Positions 45,228 through 57,228 are shown, counted from the stretch's first letter. The stretch is DNA of 64,000 bases from Phaeosaccion multiseriatum (GCA_965112735.1 CBCOSG010000003.1:1-64000); one strand, 5' to 3'. Numbers and translations: made by a program. Notes: generated by a model from the letters alone, not told the origin.

Positions 45228-46571
45228 TTATTCTATTGTTTCATTTTTTGCTAACCTTTTAATCTTTCTTGTCATTTTTTCAACAGTATAGAAACCTTTA
45301 AATCGTCTTAGGCTATCAAGCAAGACACTTATCAAAATAATTTGAGAATTCATACCAATTCCTTTAAAATTAGTAATATTAATACTCCGAGATTCTCCTA
45401 CTATATTTAATATAAAAAAAATCATAAAAAATGCTAAAGCATTTAATTTAGATAAATAATCGATCGTTTTTTTTAAATAACTTGTAGTAGATTTCCCAGG
45501 ATTAATTTTTTTAATAATTACTGAGTTTTTACGTAATTGTTCAGAAATTTCCTCTGGATCTAAAATTAATTTAGAATATAATTTAGTAAAAAATAAAATA
45601 GTTATACCGTATAGTATTAAATAAAAAATAGAATTCTGTGAGGTAATCAAATTAATTATTCCTAACGGCAAAGAAAACTTAGATAAAATAGGTCCTAAAG
45701 TCTGACCTAAAGAATAGAAGATAGCCATTGCTGAAGAAGTAAAAATTAATGGCATTACACCGCCCGGGTTAATCCTTAATGGTAAAGTATTTTGTGTTTT
45801 AAAAAAAAACTTTTTTTTTTCATCATAATTTACTAACATTTGGCGAGCAGATAGTAATGGTAAATCAATAACTCCTTCATCAATTAAAACACAACTGAGA
45901 GCAATAAAAAAAAATGCAATTAAAATAATTGCTCGATTGATATTATTATCGGTATTCTTAAGCAAATTAAGATTTTCCTGTAATTGGTTTGGCAGACTAG
46001 ATGCTATATTAAAACAGATTAACAATGATGGGCCATTACCTAAACCATCTTTTGTAAGAATTTCACTAAACCATAAAAGAATCATCGAACCAGTAATCAA
46101 GCATAGACTAATTTGGCTACCAACAAATATATTAGAATCAAAAAAATTTCTTAACGTATAAGTTTGTGAGATACTTTGAAAAATAGCACAAAAAAAAGTT
46201 AAATATCTTAGATAATTATTAATTTTTCTTCGGCCGTAATCCCCATCTTCACGTAATTGAGATAGTTTTGGGTTAAATTTAATTAATAATTGAGTTATAA
46301 TCGAAGCATTAATATAGGGTAACATACCAAGACTAAATAAATTTACGGAATTAAGATTTCCACCTAAGGAACTATTTGGTTTATAATCAAGATCCTTAAT
46401 GGAATCAAAAAAAGTTTTATAATCAATGTAAGGAATAGGAATAAAATTAACACTATGAACAATTAATAAAAGTGCGATAGTTAAAATTACTCTATTATTC
46501 AAAGATGGAGTTTTTTGTGTCCTATCACGCAAAATTAAATCCTGCCCTAGTTTATTCGTTTTATTCTTCAT
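45228..46571 (-). CDS. secY: Preprotein translocase SecY
   Basis: LFSLGMLPYINASII, GLGNGPSL, PGGVMPLIF; operon position. Confidence 0.95.
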   Translation of the reverse strand: MKNKTNKLGQDLILRDRTQKTPSLNNRVILTIALLLIVHSVNFIPIPYIDYKTFFDSIKDLDYKPNSSLGGNLNSVNLFSLGMLPYINASIITQLLIKFNPKLSQLREDGDYGRRKINNYLRYLTFFCAIFQSISQTYTLRNFFDSNIFVGSQISLCLITGSMILLWFSEILTKDGLGNGPSLLICFNIASSLPNQLQENLNLLKNTDNNINRAIILIAFFFIALSCVLIDEGVIDLPLLSARQMLVNYDEKKKFFFKTQNTLPLRINPGGVMPLIFTSSAMAIFYSLGQTLGPILSKFSLPLGIINLITSQNSIFYLILYGITILFFTKLYSKLILDPEEISEQLRKNSVIIKKINPGKSTTSYLKKTIDYLSKLNALAFFMIFFILNIVGESRSINITNFKGIGMNSQIILISVLLDSLRRFKGFYTVEKMTRKIKRLAKNETIE

Positions 46572-46576
46572 AAATG

Positions 46577-47241
46577 TTATTTATATTTAAGATAATTTTG
46601 AAGCTTTTCTAAAGAGATATTTCTTTCTTCAGCAATCATATTAGTAGTTTTTAAAGATTGGAGTGCTGTAATTGTTGCTCGGGCATTATTTAATAAATTT
46701 TTTGCCCCAAGCTGTTTAGCCAAAATATTTTTTATTCCTGCTAATTCTAATACAACACGGATAGAACTTCCAGCAATTACACCAACTCCTGAACTGGCTG
46801 GTTTAATAAAAACTTTAGTAGCTCCATTACTTCCATTTATAACATGTGGAATACTTTTATTTTGTGTAATAGGTATAATGATTAAATTTTTATTAGCATC
46901 ATTTACCGCTTTTTGAATAGCACTACCAACTTCGTCGGCCTTTCCAACTCCAACTCCTACAGTATTTTTTTTATTCCCCATAATTATAATAGTTCGAAAA
47001 CTTAATTTTTTTCCGCCTTTTACCACTTTCGATACCCTTTGAATTTGGACAATTTGCTTTTGCCATTCATATTTTTTTTTCTTTTTTTAGTAGGTTCGCG
47101 CTGTATATGGGTATTTTCGCGATCCTTATCTCTTTTTTGTTGTTGATTGATATTACTAGATACGGAATTTCTTTTAATTATTTTCTCAGAACTAGATGCA
47201 GAAGAATTTGATTTTTGAATAATTGTGGATTTATCAATCAT
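46577..47241 (-). CDS. rps5: 30S ribosomal protein S5, split by a frameshift in A-runs (47072-47088)
   Basis: The -1 frame gives YEWQKQIVQIQRVSKVVKGGKKLSF; GVGVIAGSSIR. Confidence 0.93.
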
Positions 47242-47303
47242 AGATATCTTTATGTTATTAATAATATAATATTAAATTTGTAAATTTTAAATAAGGTTTA
47301 ATG

Positions 47304-47636
47304 CTAAAATTTTAGACCGGCACTTCTTGCTCCTTCTGCAAGTGCTTGAATATTTCCATGATAAAATTTATTACAACGATCAAAAATAACCTTCTCAATT
47401 TTTTTTTCTAATAATCTCTGCCCAATTAGAAGTCCAACTTGTGTTGATGCATCTATAGGCTTAATTGATCCAACTTCTGATTTAATTTCATGGTCTAAAG
47501 TAGAGCAAGAAGCGATTGTTTGACCTGCACCATCATCAATAACTTGGGCATATATGTGTTTATTTGAGCGAAATACAGATAATCTTGGACGTTCTGCAGT
47601 ACCTTTTATTTTTCTTACTTTATTTCTTTTTCCCAT
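47304..47636 (-). CDS. rpl18: 50S ribosomal protein L18
   Basis: [20 protein letters not shown]. Confidence 0.97.
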   Translation of the reverse strand: MGKRNKVRKIKGTAERPRLSVFRSNKHIYAQVIDDGAGQTIASCSTLDHEIKSEVGSIKPIDASTQVGLLIGQRLLEKKIEKVIFDRCNKFYHGNIQALAEGARSAGLKF

Positions 47637-47638
47637 TT

Positions 47639-48175
47639 TTACTTACCAGTTTTTCCTACTTTTCTTTTAATAATTTCACCTTGATAAGCAATTCCTTTCC
47701 CTTTGTAAGGTTCTGGAGGTCGTTTGGAACGAATTGTTGCAGCTAACTGCCCAATTACTTCTTTATCAATACCTTGCAATTTAATAATGGTATTATTTTG
47801 CACTGTTATAGAAACTCCTGTTGGTGTTTCTATAATAACGGGGTGGCTGTAGCCTAAATTTAAAATTAATTGATTTCCTTTAACTTGGGAACGATATCCT
47901 ACCCCTGTAATAACAAGTTCTTTTTCAAATTTTTCTGAAACACCTGTTACCATATTATTAACTAATGTTCGTGATAAACCAAAAAGTTCTTTTGCAGTCC
48001 TAGAATTTTCACTTTTTTTTATCCAAATGAAATCATCTTTTTGTTCTATAATAATTAAAGGCGATAAAGTTCGTGATAATATTCCATGTGGTCCTGAAAC
48101 TTCTATAGTCTGTTTATCAAGTTTAACTTTTACTGTTGACGGGATTTTAATGGGCAATTTTCCAATTCTAGACAT
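47639..48175 (-). CDS. rpl6: 50S ribosomal protein L6 (start moved to MSRIGK)
   Basis: [19 protein letters not shown]. Confidence 0.97.
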   Translation of the reverse strand: MSRIGKLPIKIPSTVKVKLDKQTIEVSGPHGILSRTLSPLIIIEQKDDFIWIKKSENSRTAKELFGLSRTLVNNMVTGVSEKFEKELVITGVGYRSQVKGNQLILNLGYSHPVIIETPTGVSITVQNNTIIKLQGIDKEVIGQLAATIRSKRPPEPYKGKGIAYQGEIIKRKVGKTGK

Positions 48176-48191
48176 AATTAATATAAAATTT

Positions 48192-48596
48192 TTACCATAT
48201 ATAACATATAACTTCACCACCGAGTCCTAAACTTCTTGCTGTATGATTTGTCATAACTCCTTTTGAAGTTGATAAAATTGCTGTTCCTAGATTTCCAAGT
48301 ACATTAGGTAAATTTTTGTGATTAACATAGATTCGAAGGCCAGGTTTACTAACCCGTTTGATCATATTAATAATCGGCTGACGATTTTGTTTTTTATATT
48401 TCAACGTAATTAGTAAACATTTATGTTTTTGTTCAGCTTCTTTAATTACTTCAAACTGTTCAATATAACCTTCTTCTTTTAAAATTTTAGAGATAGCTAA
48501 ATTTACTTTTGTATTTAAGACTGGAACAATCCGGTGCCTTACTAAACTTGCATTCCGAATCCGTGTTAACATATCGGCAATTGTATCTGTTACCAT
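48192..48596 (-). CDS. rps8: 30S ribosomal protein S8
   Basis: [21 protein letters not shown]. Confidence 0.98.
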   Translation of the reverse strand: MVTDTIADMLTRIRNASLVRHRIVPVLNTKVNLAISKILKEEGYIEQFEVIKEAEQKHKCLLITLKYKKQNRQPIINMIKRVSKPGLRIYVNHKNLPNVLGNLGTAILSTSKGVMTNHTARSLGLGGEVICYIW

Positions 48597-48645
48597 TTTA
48601 ATCTCCTTATTTTAATATATTTTAAAATTTTTGTTTATCTATTCT

Positions 48646-49185
48646 CTAATTAAAAGGAAAACCAAATTCTTTTAATAAAGAATACCCTTCATTTTTTGTT
48701 TTTGCACTTGTTACAATTGTAATATTAAACCCACGATTTTTATCAATATTTTCATAATTTATCTCAGGAAACACTAATTGATCCTTTAAGGCAAAATTAT
48801 AATTCCCGCATTTATCAAAACCCTTAGATTCTAACCCTCGGAAATCACGAATTCTTGGTAAAACTAAATGAATTAATTTTTCTAAAAAATTAAACATTTT
48901 AGAACCACGAAGGGTCACTGTTACTCCTAAATTAGTATTTTCCCGAACTTTAAAACCGGCTATAGAATTTTTAGATTTTGTAACAACTGGTTTTTGTCCA
49001 CTAATAAGTTTAATTTCTTCGATAGATTTTTTTAAAATCGAACTATTTTGAGCATCATTTCCTAATCCACGATTAATTTGAATTTTAATTAATTTGGGAA
49101 CTTGGTGTACATTTTTATAATTAAAATTAGAAATTAAATTTGGTACAATTTTTTCTTTATATATTTGTTTAAACTTAATAGCCAT
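48646..49185 (-). CDS. rpl5: 50S ribosomal protein L5
   Basis: ISGQKPV, LPRIRDFRG. Confidence 0.98.
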   Translation of the reverse strand: MAIKFKQIYKEKIVPNLISNFNYKNVHQVPKLIKIQINRGLGNDAQNSSILKKSIEEIKLISGQKPVVTKSKNSIAGFKVRENTNLGVTVTLRGSKMFNFLEKLIHLVLPRIRDFRGLESKGFDKCGNYNFALKDQLVFPEINYENIDKNRGFNITIVTSAKTKNEGYSLLKEFGFPFN

Positions 49186-49211
49186 AATTATTCTTAGTAT
49201 TATAAATTATT

Positions 49212-49463
49212 TTATTGGTCCCATTTTTTAACATTAGAACTATGGATAGGGTATTCTTGTATAGTTATTTTTCCTTTAACATTACCGTCCTGTTTAATTT
49301 TATTATGCTTTGTTTTTTTATTTACGCGGTCTACAATAATTTTACCAGTAGTAGGAAATGATTGTTGTACTACACCTATTTCTCCTTTTTGTTTACCCGA
49401 AATAATTTTTACTACATCCCCATTTTTAACATGCATTTTATATACTGTACTATTTTTTTTCAT
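49212..49463 (-). CDS. rpl24: 50S ribosomal protein L24
   Basis: GDVVKIISGKQKG, PIHSSNV. Confidence 0.95.
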   Translation of the reverse strand: MKKNSTVYKMHVKNGDVVKIISGKQKGEIGVVQQSFPTTGKIIVDRVNKKTKHNKIKQDGNVKGKITIQEYPIHSSNVKKWDQ

Positions 49464-49829
49464 TTAAATTACCTCAGGTGCTAAAGAAATAAGTTTTGTA
49501 AATTCTCTATCTCGAATTTCTCTTGCAATAGGGCCAAAAATTCTTGTTCCTCGAGGGTTTTTTTCTAACGTTATAATAACTACTGCGTTATCATCAAAAC
49601 GGATACTTGTTCCATCATTTCTCTTAATAGTCTTTTTCGTTCTAACAACAACTGCTCGAACAATATCTGACCTTTTTACTCCCATATTAGGATTTGCATC
49701 TTTAATAACACCAATGATGACATCGCCCACTTTAGCATATTTTCGATTTCCGCCTAAAACCCGGATACACATAATTTTTTTTGCGCCTGTATTATCCGCT
49801 ACTGTTAGATATGATTGAGGTTGTATCAT
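49464..49829 (-). CDS. rpl14: 50S ribosomal protein L14
   Basis: [22 protein letters not shown]. Confidence 0.98.
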   Translation of the reverse strand: MIQPQSYLTVADNTGAKKIMCIRVLGGNRKYAKVGDVIIGVIKDANPNMGVKRSDIVRAVVVRTKKTIKRNDGTSIRFDDNAVVIITLEKNPRGTRIFGPIAREIRDREFTKLISLAPEVI

Positions 49830-49870
49830 GTAAAGTTTTCTAGAATTTAAATATTTATAAAAAAGTTGTA

Positions 49871-50119
49871 TTACGTTATTAGTTTAGTCAGAATTGTTTT
49901 TACTTGCCATCTTTTTCTTTTACTTAAAGGTCGACTTTGTTGTAATATAACTTTATCTCCTATACTACATTCATTTAACTCATCGTGGGCCATATATTTT
50001 TTTGTTCGAAGGATTGTTTTTTTATAAAAAGGGTGATGATAGTGATAATCAATTGCAACTATAACACTTTTATTCATTTTATTACTAATAATAATACCTG
50101 TTTGTTCTTTTTGGGCCAT
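49871..50119 (-). CDS. rps17: 30S ribosomal protein S17
   Basis: [17 protein letters not shown]. Confidence 0.96.
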   Translation of the reverse strand: MAQKEQTGIIISNKMNKSVIVAIDYHYHHPFYKKTILRTKKYMAHDELNECSIGDKVILQQSRPLSKRKRWQVKTILTKLIT

Positions 50120-50122
50120 AAT

Positions 50123-50338
50123 TTATTTTTTTAAACTATTTTTGGATGTTTGTTGTGCTGCAACCATTAATACTTGGCGTAATCTATGGCGCGTATGTTT
50201 AAATAAATGAGATTTTAGTTCTTTACGCGTACCTTTTTTAAATCTTAATTTAAACAACTGTTCTCTGACTAATAAAATTTCTTTCTGAAGTTCTATTAAA
50301 TTTAAGTTCTCAACTTCTTTTATTTTTGGCAAACTCAT
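50123..50338 (-). CDS. rpl29: 50S ribosomal protein L29
   Basis: LFKLRFKK..KSHLFKHTRH; operon position. Confidence 0.92.
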   Translation of the reverse strand: MSLPKIKEVENLNLIELQKEILLVREQLFKLRFKKGTRKELKSHLFKHTRHRLRQVLMVAAQQTSKNSLKK

Positions 50339-50356
50339 ATAAAATTATTTAGGTTC

Positions 50357-50764
50357 TTAATTTTTTACAATAAACTTTGTTTTAATTGGCAATTTATAAG
50401 CAGCGGTTAGCATTGCATTTTTAGCTAATTCTAATGAAACACCACTTAGTTCAAATAATATTTTACCAGGTTTAACTACAGCTACCCAATATTCAACTGA
50501 ACCTTTTCCGGAACCCATTCTTGATTCAGCAGCTCGGGCTGTAACAGGTTTATCTGGAAAAACCATAATCCAAAGTTTTCCACCACGTTTTGTATATCTT
50601 GTTATTGTTCGGCGAGTTGCTTCAATTTGACGTGACGTTATCCAAGTTGGTTCTAATGCTTGAATAGCATAATCACCAAAATTTATTTTTGTCCCACGTG
50701 TTGCTTTTCCTCTTAAATTTCCTCGATGATGTTTCCTATATTTTGTTCTTTTTGGACTTAGCAT
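50357..50764 (-). CDS. rpl16: 50S ribosomal protein L16
   Basis: [18 protein letters not shown]. Confidence 0.98.
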   Translation of the reverse strand: MLSPKRTKYRKHHRGNLRGKATRGTKINFGDYAIQALEPTWITSRQIEATRRTITRYTKRGGKLWIMVFPDKPVTARAAESRMGSGKGSVEYWVAVVKPGKILFELSGVSLELAKNAMLTAAYKLPIKTKFIVKN

Positions 50765-50791
50765 ATTAATTTTTAAATAAATAAAATGTAT

Positions 50792-51478
50792 TTATGATCC
50801 TAGTTTTTTGATATTTAAAATTTCTCCTTTAAATAACCATACCTTTACCCCTAAAATACCATATTTTGTTGGGGCTATTTTTTCAGTATAATCAATTTGT
50901 GCCCTTAAAGTCTGTAAAGGAATACGACCTTCTTTGCGCCACTCCGTTCTTGCAATTTCAGCACCATTTAGCCGTCCAGATATTTGTATTTTAATACCTT
51001 GAACACTAGGAGAAACATTTTTAATAATTAATTTCATTGCTCTACGGAATGGGGTTTGTTTTGTTAATTCTTGGACTAACATATCGCCAACCATATTAGC
51101 TTCTACAAATTTCTCTTTTACCTCATTCACAAAAATTCTCAAACTAGGAATCTCTATAGTACTTTGTAATCGTTTATATAGCTCTTGTATACCACTCCCA
51201 TTTCGACCAATAAATTTTCCGGGTGATGATAATTCAATAGAAACAATAATTTCATCATCATTTGTTCTTACAATTAAAATTTTATTTAAACCTACCTTAT
51301 CAAAACCTCGTTTTTCTAGGTCGAAATTTTTGAATTCTAAATAGTCTTGGGTTATTTTTCTGATTTTAAAATCTTCTTGAATTAATTTAGAGTAAACCGT
51401 TAGTTTTGAATACCAAGACGAATAGTGTTGTTGCGTTATTCCAAGTCTAAATCCTAATGGATGTGTTTTATGTCCCAC
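50792..51478 (-). CDS. rps3: 30S ribosomal protein S3 (GTG start)
   Basis: GHKTHPLGFRLG, GRLNGAEIARTE. Confidence 0.97.
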   Translation of the reverse strand: MGHKTHPLGFRLGITQQHYSSWYSKLTVYSKLIQEDFKIRKITQDYLEFKNFDLEKRGFDKVGLNKILIVRTNDDEIIVSIELSSPGKFIGRNGSGIQELYKRLQSTIEIPSLRIFVNEVKEKFVEANMVGDMLVQELTKQTPFRRAMKLIIKNVSPSVQGIKIQISGRLNGAEIARTEWRKEGRIPLQTLRAQIDYTEKIAPTKYGILGVKVWLFKGEILNIKKLGS

Positions 51479-51495
51479 AATATTTTTATATTAAA

Positions 51496-51846
51496 TTAAT
51501 AATTTCTAGTATTCATAATTATTGTAATATGGCACGTTGGTCTACGAATTTGAAATCCTCTGCCTTTTGCACGTGGTCTTACACGACGTAAAATAGGGCC
51601 TTGGTCGGCAAAAGCTGTTTCAATTATTAAATTTTGTTTTTTTAATGAAAAATTATTTTCAGCGTTTGAGGCCGCAGCAGTTAGAATTTGCCAAATTGGT
51701 GTACAAGCACGATATGGTAAAAATTCTAGTATCATTAATGCTTCTTTATATGAGCGTCCTCTAATTTGATCTAATACACGGCGAACTTTCATTGGCGATA
51801 TTCTTAAAAATCTACTGCTGGCTTTTACTTGTATGTTGTTGTTCAT
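51496..51846 (-). CDS. rpl22: 50S ribosomal protein L22
   Basis: [21 protein letters not shown]. Confidence 0.97.
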   Translation of the reverse strand: MNNNIQVKASSRFLRISPMKVRRVLDQIRGRSYKEALMILEFLPYRACTPIWQILTAAASNAENNFSLKKQNLIIETAFADQGPILRRVRPRAKGRGFQIRRPTCHITIIMNTRNY

Positions 51847-51858
51847 ATATTTTTAATA

Positions 51859-52149
51859 CTATCGTTTAGTTTTTCTGTCATTTTTAATATGGGAACGAAA
51901 ATTTCTTGTGGGAATAAATTCCCCTAATTTATGTCCTATAATTTGTTCTGAGATAAAAAGAGGTACATGTTTCTTTCCGTTATATACAGCAATTGTATGT
52001 CCAATCATATTTGGCATAATAACAGACGAGCGTGACCAAGTTTTAATCACTTCTCTTTTTTTATTTTTTTCTGTATTTTTATTTAGTTTTTCAATTTTTT
52101 GTAGAAGATGGTAAGCTATAAAAGGTCCCTTTTTTTGTGATCTAACCAT
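51859..52149 (-). CDS. rps19: 30S ribosomal protein S19
   Basis: [18 protein letters not shown]. Confidence 0.97.
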   Translation of the reverse strand: MVRSQKKGPFIAYHLLQKIEKLNKNTEKNKKREVIKTWSRSSVIMPNMIGHTIAVYNGKKHVPLFISEQIIGHKLGEFIPTRNFRSHIKNDRKTKR

Positions 52150-52163
52150 AATTTATTTAATTT

Positions 52164-52991
52164 TTATTTTCTTTTTCGAAGGATATAAATATCACTATAT
52201 TTATTTTTTTTACGAGTTCGAACTCCTAAAGCAGCTTTACCCCAAGGTGTATAAGGTTTTGTTCGACCAATCGGAGCACGTCCTTCTCCGCCACCATGAG
52301 GGTGGTCACACGCATTCATAACAGAACCACGTACAGTGGGACGAATACCTAACCACCTCTTTCTTCCAGCTTTACCTAATCTAACACTAGCAATTTCTCG
52401 GTTGCCTACTACTCCAATAGTAGCAGAGCATGTATTTCGAATTAATCGAATTTCTTTAGAAGGAAGCCGTAATGTAACATAATTTCCATCTTTAGCTAAA
52501 ATTCGTGCTGAAGTTCCAGCTGCTCTGACAATTTGACCACCTTTATTTGGAAAAAGTTCAATATTATGGATGTTTATTCCTAATGGTATATTTTTTAATG
52601 GTAAATTATTTCCAGTTTTAATAGGCGAGGATGGTCCTGATTCAATAAAATCATTTATTTTTAAAGATTCCGGACAAATAATATAACGTTTTACCCCATC
52701 CCGGTATTTAACCAAAGCAATACGAGCATTTCGATTAGGATCATATTCAATTGATACTATTTGTCCCGTAATATTATATTTGTCTCGTTTAAAGTCAATA
52801 ACCCTATAACGTTTTTTATGTCCGCCACCTTTATGGCGGGAAGTAATAACACCTCTATTATTTCGACCTCTTGAACGTTGATTTTTTTTTAATAGTTTTT
52901 TTTCCGGATTTATTTTAGTAAGTTCAGTAAACGTTAACTTCCTACGATTTCTAGTTCCTGAAGTCGAAGGTTTACATATACAAATTGCCAT
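52164..52991 (-). CDS. rpl2: 50S ribosomal protein L2
   Basis: [21 protein letters not shown]. Confidence 0.98.
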   Translation of the reverse strand: MAICICKPSTSGTRNRRKLTFTELTKINPEKKLLKKNQRSRGRNNRGVITSRHKGGGHKKRYRVIDFKRDKYNITGQIVSIEYDPNRNARIALVKYRDGVKRYIICPESLKINDFIESGPSSPIKTGNNLPLKNIPLGINIHNIELFPNKGGQIVRAAGTSARILAKDGNYVTLRLPSKEIRLIRNTCSATIGVVGNREIASVRLGKAGRKRWLGIRPTVRGSVMNACDHPHGGGEGRAPIGRTKPYTPWGKAALGVRTRKKNKYSDIYILRKRK

Positions 52992-53022
52992 AACTTTTAA
53001 TTTTGCCTTTTAAAAAAATAAA

Positions 53023-53319
53023 TTAGTTGTCAAATAAATTAATAATATTTCCTTTAGCTAATTTGACAATAGCTTTTTTATATCTAGGTTTTACTCCGTA
53101 AAAACCATTTCGAGGAGCTTTTTTTTCAGGTAAACGACATGTATTAATTTTTATAACTTTTACCTGGAATAAAAATTCAATTGTCTGCTTTATGATTGGT
53201 TTGGTTGTTTTTGGATCAACTATAAATGTATATTGATTATTTTCAACTAGTTGAATAGCTTTTTGAGTTATCAATGGGTACTTTATTGATTCAATCTGTA
53301 AATATTTTCTTATTTTCAT
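53023..53319 (-). CDS. rpl23: 50S ribosomal protein L23
   Basis: NQYTFIVD, YKKAIVKL. Confidence 0.95.
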   Translation of the reverse strand: MKIRKYLQIESIKYPLITQKAIQLVENNQYTFIVDPKTTKPIIKQTIEFLFQVKVIKINTCRLPEKKAPRNGFYGVKPRYKKAIVKLAKGNIINLFDN

Positions 53320-53320
53320 A

Positions 53321-53977
53321 TCAATTATTGTATAATTCTTGAATTGTTTTTAAACTGCTTAACATAATTATTAATTGTTTAGATAATACTAAATCTTTTA
53401 TATTTAATTTATCCGAAGGAATTAGTGTTATATTTTTTAAATTTTTTGTGGCTATACGCATATTACTAGTATCGTAGTCTTTTGGCAGAATAATTCCAAT
53501 CTTATTAGATAAATTGATTTTTAAATCTAATGTTCGAATCATATTTAAAAAATCTTTTGTTTTTTTTGTTGGAAGAACAAAATCTTCAACTAATTGAATT
53601 TGGTTTTGTTTCTTAAATAAAGTTAATCTTAAAGCCAATCTTAGTTCTTTCCGGTTTAATTTACAATTATATTTTCTAGGTTTTGGACCAAAAGAAACTC
53701 CACCACCGTTCCAAAGAGGAGATCGAGTTGACCCAGCTCTAGCCTGGCCCGTTCCTTTCTGCTTCCAAGGTTTACGGCCCCCACCTCTAACCTCTGATCT
53801 AGTCTTTGAACTTGCTGTACCTTGTCTTTGGTTTTTTAATTGATTTTGAAATGCACGATGAATTATATAATTTGTTGTATTATCAGAGGTGTCTTTTGCA
53901 TAATTTGCTTTAATTTGTAAAGCTAAATTTAACTTTTCCCCGTTTTCTTTTCTAATCTCAAGGTCTGTTTTTATCAT
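53321..53977 (-). CDS. rpl4: 50S ribosomal protein L4
   Basis: [20 protein letters not shown]. Confidence 0.97.
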   Translation of the reverse strand: MIKTDLEIRKENGEKLNLALQIKANYAKDTSDNTTNYIIHRAFQNQLKNQRQGTASSKTRSEVRGGGRKPWKQKGTGQARAGSTRSPLWNGGGVSFGPKPRKYNCKLNRKELRLALRLTLFKKQNQIQLVEDFVLPTKKTKDFLNMIRTLDLKINLSNKIGIILPKDYDTSNMRIATKNLKNITLIPSDKLNIKDLVLSKQLIIMLSSLKTIQELYNN

Positions 53978-54600
53978 AATTTCGATGAAATAATATTAAT
54001 TAAATTACCCGGTTTTCCTGGAATACTTCCTTTAATAATTAAAAGGTTTTGTTTATGGTTAATACCTAAAATTTTTAATTTAGAAACGGTTGAATTGCTT
54101 CCTCCTAGGTGGCCGGCCATTTTTTTTCCAGGAAAAATACGTCCTGGTGTAGTACCTGCTCCAATTGAACCTGGAGCACGATGGTTCTTAGAACCGTGAC
54201 TCATAGGACCTCGTTTAAAATTATGACGTTTTTGATTACCACTAAAGCCTTTACCTACACTTTTACCGGTTACATCAAGTAATTGACCCACCTTAAAATT
54301 TTCTATATTAAGGTGTTGACCTAAAGAAAAATCTTCTGTGTTAGAAACACGATATTCCTTTAAAAAAGCAAGTGGAGGAGAATTTGTTTTTTTTAAATGT
54401 CCTAATTGAGCTTTAGTTAATTTCTTTTTATTTACCTCAGAATAGCCAATTTGAATTGCATCATAATTGTCCTTTGATTTAGTTTTTATTTGCGTAATAA
54501 TGCAGGGTCCAACTTGAATCACGGTTACAGGAATCGCTAATCCTTCCTCAGTAAAAATTTGAGTGATCCCGATTTTATTGCCAAATAGTCCAATAGACAC
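53974..54600 (-). CDS. rpl3: 50S ribosomal protein L3 (GTG start)
   Basis: [17 protein letters not shown]. Confidence 0.98.
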   Translation of the reverse strand: MSIGLFGNKIGITQIFTEEGLAIPVTVIQVGPCIITQIKTKSKDNYDAIQIGYSEVNKKKLTKAQLGHLKKTNSPPLAFLKEYRVSNTEDFSLGQHLNIENFKVGQLLDVTGKSVGKGFSGNQKRHNFKRGPMSHGSKNHRAPGSIGAGTTPGRIFPGKKMAGHLGGSNSTVSKLKILGINHKQNLLIIKGSIPGKPGNLINIISSKL

Positions 54601-54800
54601 AATTATTTATACCCCGCTTTTTACAATAAATTAAAATTTTATTTATCTTGTCTAATGAAATTTATAATTTTTACTATAAATCCAGTCTACTTTTTAATCT
54701 TAAATAGTAAGACGACTGTAACTTTGTTTGACTTTTGATGTCCAGTGATAACAATTTACTGTAGTTAATAATAAAAAATATAAATAGGATGAAAAATGTA

Positions 54801-54829
54801 TTGACTAAAAAGGAAATTTATAATACATT
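54801..54829 (+). promoter_or_regulatory. Possible sigma70-type promoter for ycf39
   Basis: TTGACT-N17-TACATT upstream of the ATG; AT-rich background makes this weak. Confidence 0.35.
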
Positions 54830-54856
54830 ATATCTAACAATAAAAAAAATTATATT

Positions 54857-55861
54857 ATGACTCTACTAATTATAGGAGGTACTGGTACTTTAGGTAGACA
54901 ACTAGTACGCAAAGCTTTAGCAAAAGGATTGAAAGTAAGATGTATAGTTAGAAATAAACAAAATGCAAATTATTTAGAGAAATGGGGGGCGGAATTAGTT
55001 TATGGTGACTTATCTTTACCTGAGACATTAGTTCTTTCTTTTCAAGGAGTTACATCGGTTATTGACGTCTCTACTACTCGTCCAGAAGATGAAAATAATA
55101 TGTTTGATATTGATTGGCTAGGAAAATTAATTTTAATCGAGTTGGCAAAACGGGTTAATGTGAAGCATTTCATTTTTTTTTCAATTTTTAACGCCGAAAA
55201 ATATTTATACATTTCGTTAATGAGAATGAAAGCTAATATTGAAAATGTTTTAAAAAATTCAGGCGTACCTTATACAATTTTTCAATGTGGTGGATTTTAT
55301 CAAGCTTTAATTGATCAATATGCTATTCCTGTAATAGAACAAAAACCCATTTGGATAACAAAAGAAGCTACACCAGTTTCTTATATCGATACACAGGATG
55401 CAGCACTTTTTTGTCTTAAAAGTTTATCGATTGAAAAAACAAAAAATTGTACCTTTTTTCTAGGAGTTGAAAATTCTTGGCTTTCACAAAATATAATTAC
55501 TTTATGTGAACAACTTTCTGGTCAAAAAGCTGTAATTCAATTTGTTCCTTTATTTGTTGTAAGACTTGTTAGACAGATTACAGGTTTTTTTAGTTGGAGT
55601 TCAAAAATTAGCGATCGTTTAGCTTTTATTGAAGTTTTAATCGATAATGCTAAATTTGTTTCTTCAGTTTCTATATTGTATAAAACTTTTGATATCAAAT
55701 CAGATGAATTACTACCATTAGAAGAATATCTTAGACAATATTTTGAATTAATTGTAGTTACTTTAGAGAAATTTCATGTAGGTAAAAATATGACACCAAA
55801 AGATCTGGTTAAGATGCGTATTCCAGAAGATTCCCGTATGGATTATAAAATTAAATTTTAG
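54857..55861 (+). CDS. ycf39: Ycf39, NAD(P)-binding PSII assembly factor
   Basis: LIIGGTGTLGRQ, WGAELVYGDL, YIDTQDAA. Confidence 0.95.
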   Translation: MTLLIIGGTGTLGRQLVRKALAKGLKVRCIVRNKQNANYLEKWGAELVYGDLSLPETLVLSFQGVTSVIDVSTTRPEDENNMFDIDWLGKLILIELAKRVNVKHFIFFSIFNAEKYLYISLMRMKANIENVLKNSGVPYTIFQCGGFYQALIDQYAIPVIEQKPIWITKEATPVSYIDTQDAALFCLKSLSIEKTKNCTFFLGVENSWLSQNIITLCEQLSGQKAVIQFVPLFVVRLVRQITGFFSWSSKISDRLAFIEVLIDNAKFVSSVSILYKTFDIKSDELLPLEEYLRQYFELIVVTLEKFHVGKNMTPKDLVKMRIPEDSRMDYKIKF

Positions 55862-55991
55862 ATTCAAAAATACTTATAACTTTAGCTTAAACTAAACTTG
55901 TGAGTACAAAACATTAAAGAATCTTGTAGAATAAAATCTAATTATAAAATTTTATAATGAAATTGATTATCCAAAAATTAATTTGTAAAAC

Positions 55992-56015
55992 TCTAATACT
56001 TAATTAAGTATTAGA
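55992..56015. terminator. Perfect 24-nt palindrome between convergent ycf39 and rpl12
   Basis: TCTAATACTTAATTAAGTATTAGA; second palindrome ATTATAAAATTTTATAAT at 55941-55958. Confidence 0.55.
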
Positions 56016-56078
56016 ATCTAGTAAACTAACTAAATTATGTAAGAAAAAATTTCTAACACTATATTTTTTTAGATTTAT

Positions 56079-56474
56079 TTATTTTATAGCTACTTTACCA
56101 CCAGCTGCTTCTAATTGTTTTTTTAAATCATCCGCTGTTTCTTTTGGAACACCTTCTTTTAAAGTTTTAGGGGCGCTTTCTACTAAATCTTTAGCTTCTT
56201 TTAAACCTAATCCTGTTACTGTACGTACTACTTTTAAAATAGCAATTTTCTTATCCGCCGGTACTTCTTCAAGTATTATATCAAATTCTGTTTTTTCATC
56301 TGAAGCCGCTTTATCTCCAGCTCCATCTGCACCCGAATTCATGACCATCATGCCCCCACTAACTGAGGATGCATCAACATTAAAAGTTTCTTCAATTTTT
56401 TCAACTAATTGAGATGCTTCTAATAACGTTAATTCTTTTAAACTCTCAATTATAGGACTAAGTTTTTCACTCAT
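56079..56474 (-). CDS. rpl12: 50S ribosomal protein L12
   Basis: [18 protein letters not shown]. Confidence 0.97.
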   Translation of the reverse strand: MSEKLSPIIESLKELTLLEASQLVEKIEETFNVDASSVSGGMMVMNSGADGAGDKAASDEKTEFDIILEEVPADKKIAILKVVRTVTGLGLKEAKDLVESAPKTLKEGVPKETADDLKKQLEAAGGKVAIK

Positions 56475-56523
56475 ATTTTTTGTTGGTTAAGTTTTTCTCT
56501 TTTAATAAACTAAACTTTAAAAA

Positions 56524-57228
56524 TTATTCCAAAACTAAATTTTTAAATTCACTAATATCTAAACGAATAGATGGTCCCATTGTATTACAAATATGAAAGT
56601 TTTTAAAATATTTACCTTTAACCCCAGTAGGTTTATTTTTTTCAATAGATTGGTATACAGAAATTAAATTTTCTAATAGATCTGTTTCTGTAAAATTTGT
56701 TTTACCAAAAGTTAAATGAACAATTCCTGTTCTATCTGCTCTATATTCAAGTTTACCTCGTTTAAATTCATTTAATGTTGTCATTATATCCGTTGTAACT
56801 GTTCCAGCCTTTGGCGAGGGCATTAAACCTTTAGGTCCTAATACTCTTCCTAACTTGGCAAGTTTTGGCATCATTTCGGGAGTAGATATTAGAATATCAA
56901 AATCAAATTTATCTTTTGTAATTAAATTTAATAAATCATCTGACCCTACAATATCAGCTAGTTCTGAATATTGGGGTAAAATTTTAGTTTCTTGAACAAG
57001 AAGAGCAATTTTTTTAGTTTTTCCCGTTCCTTTGGGTAAAATTAAAGTACTTCTTAATTGTTGATCACTATACCTAGGGTTAATATTTAAGGTAATATGG
57101 GCCTCTACTGATTCAGTAAATTTAGCAGTAGCAGTTTCTTTAATAAGACTAATACTTTCTTGCGGTGAATATGATGATTTTACAATTTTTGCATTAAGAT
57201 TATTTTTTCGTTGGGAAATTTTTGGCAT
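56524..57228 (-). CDS. rpl1: 50S ribosomal protein L1
   Basis: LGRVLGPKGLMPSPKAGTV. Confidence 0.98.
   Translation of the reverse strand: MPKISQRKNNLNAKIVKSSYSPQESISLIKETATAKFTESVEAHITLNINPRYSDQQLRSTLILPKGTGKTKKIALLVQETKILPQYSELADIVGSDDLLNLITKDKFDFDILISTPEMMPKLAKLGRVLGPKGLMPSPKAGTVTTDIMTTLNEFKRGKLEYRADRTGIVHLTFGKTNFTETDLLENLISVYQSIEKNKPTGVKGKYFKNFHICNTMGPSIRLDISEFKNLVLE

Noticed and set aside
48176-48220. 15-aa N-terminal extension of Rpl6 in the ORF track
   Set aside because: Overlaps the rps8 3' end; the canonical MSRIGK start is at 48175
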